From an uncultured Sulfurospirillum sp. (GTDB lineage Bacteria > Campylobacterota > Campylobacteria > Campylobacterales > QNZT01), in the NCBI GenBank assembly GCA_964501795.1, contig CAZCUH010000003.1, forward strand, positions 1 to 30,965: a stretch of 30,965 bases of DNA, written 5' to 3'. The translations under genes and the position numbers were made by a program. Below are positions 27,382-30,965 of this stretch, in pieces (position 1 is the first letter of the stretch; every line of letters starts with the position of its first letter). Under the pieces are notes generated by a model. It had not been told where the DNA came from, did not search any database, and saw nothing but the letters and a program-made list of their open reading frames with translations.

Positions 27382-30300
27382 ACGGCTACCTTCAAGCTTG
27401 TCACTTTCTCTAGCTCTTCTACTATCGCATCACTGACTTGTATATTGGACTCTATGACCACATCTTGAAGCTTTGATGAGATGATGAGTTTTAGAGGTCT
27501 TCTACCAGGATATTTTTGTACGAGTTGATGCAACTGCTCTAGTGTAGTCATCTCATCTTTGAGCTCTATTTTGACAAATACAGGCGTTAATGGTTTTTGT
27601 GGAATAATCTCTTTTTTAATCTCCACTTTCTCTTTTTTTGCATCATCTAGCTCTACAATTTTATTGACCCGTATATTTGTTCCTCTATCATCTTTGCTCA
27701 CGGTTACTTTAAATGCTACAGGCCGATTCAAATCCATCATCTGCAGTTGAATCATCATCTTTTCAAATACCATCATCTCGATATTTCCATGTAAATCCAT
27801 GAGATTGACGATACCAAATTTATTTCCTTTTTTGGAAATCTTTTGCACCACCTCCTCGACTCTACCAATAAAGAGTGTTTTACTTCCATCTGCGAGTGTA
27901 TCTATCTCACTTGAGAGGGTATGTGGCGTAGCAGTGATTTGTTCTCGAAACTCATCTAGTGGATGCCCTGAAACATAAAATCCTAGCGTCTCTTTTTCAA
28001 GTTGTAAAATGGTTTTTGCATCATACTCTTCCCCATTTTCTAGCTCAATATTCACAGACATCATCTCTTCACTATCACCAAAAAGAGAATTTTCTGCCAT
28101 CTTTTGCGCTCTTGCTGCATCTGCACCTGCCGCGACGATTTTCTCTATGTTATCTAAAAGTGTACGACGCGAATATCCAAAACAATCCATACCTCCAGAC
28201 TTGATCAATGCTTCTAAAACACGCTTATTGACCTTTCCTGTATCAATACGCGCAATAAAATCATTTAAATCTTTAAAAGGTTTCTCATCTCGCGCTTCTA
28301 TCACACTCTCTATCGCCTTGGAACCTACCCCTTTGATCGCACCCAAACCAAAAAGTATCGCGTGTTCTTCATCTGACTCTTTAGGTGCAAAAGAGATCAA
28401 ACTCTCCGCAACAGAAGGCGGTAGGAGCTTGATGCCTAGGCGTTTCACCTCATCAACATATTTGACTACTTTATCGGTATTGTCCGCTTCTGAAGTCAAT
28501 AAGGCAGCCATAAACTCTTGCGGATAATAAGTCTTCAGATAGGAGGTCTCAAAGGTAATCATCGCATACCCAGCTGAGTGAGACTTATTAAATCCATAAC
28601 CTGCAAACTTTACAATCAAATCGAAGAGATCTTCTGATTTTTTCCTATCAAAACCTTTTTTGACCGCACCATCAGCAAACTCTCCTTTGAGTCTATCCAT
28701 CTCCTCTTTGATCTTTTTACCCATCGCACGACGCACCACATCTGCCCCACCAAGGCTAAATCCACCAATAGTTTGTACAATTTGCATGACTTGTTCTTGA
28801 TAAACGATTACGCCATAGGTTGGTTTGAGAATAGGTTCAAGTTCAGGAAAATCATAGACTATTTGTTCTCTACCATGTTTTCGCTCGATAAAGTCATCAA
28901 GCATCCCCGACTCCATAGGTCCTGGTCGATAAAGTGCCAATACCGCAATCAAATCCTCAAAATTTGTCGGTGCTAAGCGTTCGTTTAGACTCTGCATACC
29001 ACTAGATTCTATCTGAAACAATCCCACCGTAGCACCTGATTGAATCAGCTTATAGACTTCTGGGTCATCAAAATCGATTTCATTAAAATTGATATCTTTA
29101 TTGTATCTTGCTTTTATCAGTTTAAATGCATCATCTAAAACCGTTAAAGTTTTTAAACCCAAAAAGTCAAATTTAATCAAATCTACATCTTCAAGATATT
29201 TCAATGAATATTGTGTTACCAAAGAGTCATCCTTGGTAGATTTATATAAAGGCGCTTTATGCCATAACTCTTCATTGCTCATCACGACACCAGCTGCATG
29301 CGTACCAGAGTTTCTATTGAGTCCTTCAAGTGCTAACGCAAATTCCCACACCCGTTTTGCTTGTGCATCAGAGCCAATAAGCTCCTTAATCTTTGGCTCT
29401 TTCTTGTATGCCTCTTCAAGCGTGATACCTAATTCATCAGGAATAAGTTTTGCCATTGCATCAGCTTGGGCATACGGCATCGCCATCACACGCGCCACAT
29501 CACGAATCACCCCTTTTGCTAGAAGCTTACCAAAGGTAATCACTTGTGCGACATTGTTTCGACCATATTTATCAACGACATAGTCGATGATTTCACCACG
29601 GCGTTTCTGACAGAAATCCACATCGATATCTGGCATACTAACCCGTTCAGGATTAAGAAATCGCTCAAAAAGCAAATCATATTTCATGGGGTCAATATCG
29701 GTGATTTCCAAGGAATAGGCCACTAATGATCCAGCTGCAGAACCCCGTCCAGGACCTACAGGTACCCCTCTTTTTTTGGATTCTGCGATAAACTCCCAAA
29801 CGATAAGCATATAGCCTGGAAAATGCATCGAATTGATAATATCCATCTCAAAATCTAAACGATCTTTATACTCTTGATGGCGCTCTTTGGGTACAAACTG
29901 CAAACGCTTTTCAAGCCCTTGTTTACACTTAAATACAAAATAATCTGCATCATTGTCATACTCAGGTACCCCATCAGCAATCGCATACTCTTTGACAAAT
30001 TTAAAATTAGGTGGGGTTGGATCTCCCAATTTTATCTCTAAATTACACTTATCTACTATCTCTTGGGTATTGGTAATCGCTTCAGGTATATCTGCAAACA
30101 GCACTTCCATCTGCTCTGGAGATTTGACAAAAAATTCATGCACAGAGTGACGCAAACGGTTTGGATCATCAAACTCTTTATTCATCGCAATACACATAAA
30201 GGCTTCATGAGAATCTGCATAGCGCTGTTCAAGATAGTGCGTATCATTGGTGGCAATGATTTTAATCCCCGTCTCTTGTGAGACTTGGATAATCTGCTCA

Positions 30301-30884
30301 TCGATTGAGAGTTGATCGCCAATACCATGTCGCATAATTTCAAGATAAAAATCATCGCCAAATATATCCTTGTACTCTAAAGCCACTTCAACAGCGCGTT
30401 CATACCCTTTGGCACCATTTTTAACATTTCTCTCACTCAAATTTAGATGCCAATTAACTTCACCTTGCAGACAAGCAGAAGAACAGATAAGTCCTTGTGA
30501 ATGTGCGCGCAAAAGCTTTTTATTGATACGAGGATAATAATAAAATCCATTGATATAACTCTGAGAACTAAGATACATCAAGTTTTTATACCCTATCTCA
30601 TTTTTTGCATACAAGCAGAGATGAAAGCGCTGTTTTGTACTCTTATCGCCTAATTCATCTTGGTTATGCACATAGGCTTCCATACCAATAATGGGTTTAA
30701 TACCCTCTTTTTTCATCGTCACATAAAAATCAATCGCCCCAAACATGTTGCCATGATCTGTCATCGCTACAGAATTCATACCTAGTTTTTTGACTTTTTT
30801 TGCCAATGCTTTTATCTTATTTGCCCCATCTAGCAGGGAATATTCCGTATGTAGATGCAGGTGTGTAAAGTTAGTTTTGCTCAT
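27378..30884 (-). CDS. dnaE: DNA polymerase III alpha subunit
   Basis: PHP domain HLHLHTEYSLLDG, GPGRGSAAGSL, PDIDVDF, GTHAAGVV, FAGYGFNKSHS, OB-fold. No intein seen. Confidence 0.99.
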   Translation of the reverse strand: MSKTNFTHLHLHTEYSLLDGANKIKALAKKVKKLGMNSVAMTDHGNMFGAIDFYVTMKKEGIKPIIGMEAYVHNQDELGDKSTKQRFHLCLYAKNEIGYKNLMYLSSQSYINGFYYYPRINKKLLRAHSQGLICSSACLQGEVNWHLNLSERNVKNGAKGYERAVEVALEYKDIFGDDFYLEIMRHGIGDQLSIDEQIIQVSQETGIKIIATNDTHYLEQRYADSHEAFMCIAMNKEFDDPNRLRHSVHEFFVKSPEQMEVLFADIPEAITNTQEIVDKCNLEIKLGDPTPPNFKFVKEYAIADGVPEYDNDADYFVFKCKQGLEKRLQFVPKERHQEYKDRLDFEMDIINSMHFPGYMLIVWEFIAESKKRGVPVGPGRGSAAGSLVAYSLEITDIDPMKYDLLFERFLNPERVSMPDIDVDFCQKRRGEIIDYVVDKYGRNNVAQVITFGKLLAKGVIRDVARVMAMPYAQADAMAKLIPDELGITLEEAYKKEPKIKELIGSDAQAKRVWEFALALEGLNRNSGTHAAGVVMSNEELWHKAPLYKSTKDDSLVTQYSLKYLEDVDLIKFDFLGLKTLTVLDDAFKLIKARYNKDINFNEIDFDDPEVYKLIQSGATVGLFQIESSGMQSLNERLAPTNFEDLIAVLALYRPGPMESGMLDDFIERKHGREQIVYDFPELEPILKPTYGVIVYQEQVMQIVQTIGGFSLGGADVVRRAMGKKIKEEMDRLKGEFADGAVKKGFDRKKSEDLFDLIVKFAGYGFNKSHSAGYAMITFETSYLKTYYPQEFMAALLTSEADNTDKVVKYVDEVKRLGIKLLPPSVAESLISFAPKESDEEHAILFGLGAIKGVGSKAIESVIEARDEKPFKDLNDFIARIDTGKVNKRVLEALIKSGGMDCFGYSRRTLLDNIEKIVAAGADAARAQKMAENSLFGDSEEMMSVNIELENGEEYDAKTILQLEKETLGFYVSGHPLDEFREQITATPHTLSSEIDTLADGSKTLFIGRVEEVVQKISKKGNKFGIVNLMDLHGNIEMMVFEKMMIQLQMMDLNRPVAFKVTVSKDDRGTNIRVNKIVELDDAKKEKVEIKKEIIPQKPLTPVFVKIELKDEMTTLEQLHQLVQKYPGRRPLKLIISSKLQDVVIESNIQVSDAIVEELEKVTSLKVAV

Positions 30885-30893
30885 AATATACCC

Positions 30894-30905
30894 CTATCAT
30901 GATAG
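30894..30905. repeat. Iterated palindrome CTATCATGATAG, exact copy just upstream of dnaE
   Basis: Read directly. Confidence 0.95.
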
Positions 30906-30965
30906 TATGGTACAAAAACTTCTCTTGGCATTTTATTTTATTTGAAATTAGTCGATATAGGAAAA

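Noticed and set aside
1152-30281. The many 60-170 aa antisense or alternate-frame ORFs (for example 8214-8630, 19362-19862, 28009-28527, 29089-29583)
   Set aside because: All lie inside well-supported genes, lack motifs and SD sites, and look like shadow ORFs.
2358-30905. Reading the repeats as a CRISPR array, REP/MITE element or IS ends
   Set aside because: The copies are 10-14 bp, dispersed, mostly in-frame within essential genes, and have no shared flanks, regular spacers, target duplications, transposase or cas gene.

Overview
A housekeeping region of about 37% GC (estimated from sampled lines) from a flagellated Campylobacterota (epsilonproteobacterial) chromosome; lineage inferred from gene content and order. 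Plus strand: end of a SPOR-domain gene, a strong terminator, a candidate structured ncRNA (6S-like), then flgA-ubiX-coaD-tmk-hisS-speA-cysE. Minus strand: two long runs, gltB-gltD-IMPase-accD-rlmH-dksA-membrane protein-dus and DUF2018-exported protein-ispB-hemA-proS-fxsA-Dsb-hemC, followed by ubiD and a Cys-rich OM beta-barrel/SPOR fusion. recO (+) converges on dnaE (-). I saw no mobile element, CRISPR array, tRNA or rRNA. The strongest signal the genes do not explain is a highly iterated palindrome, CTATCATGATAG: 7 exact 12-mers and 17 copies of the core TATCATGATA by manual scan, against roughly 0.004 and 0.1 expected from base composition. It sits inside unrelated genes in two reading frames and in the gltB/recO and dnaE promoter regions. 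This resembles cyanobacterial HIP1 or a DNA-uptake sequence, and I know of no such element described in this phylum.
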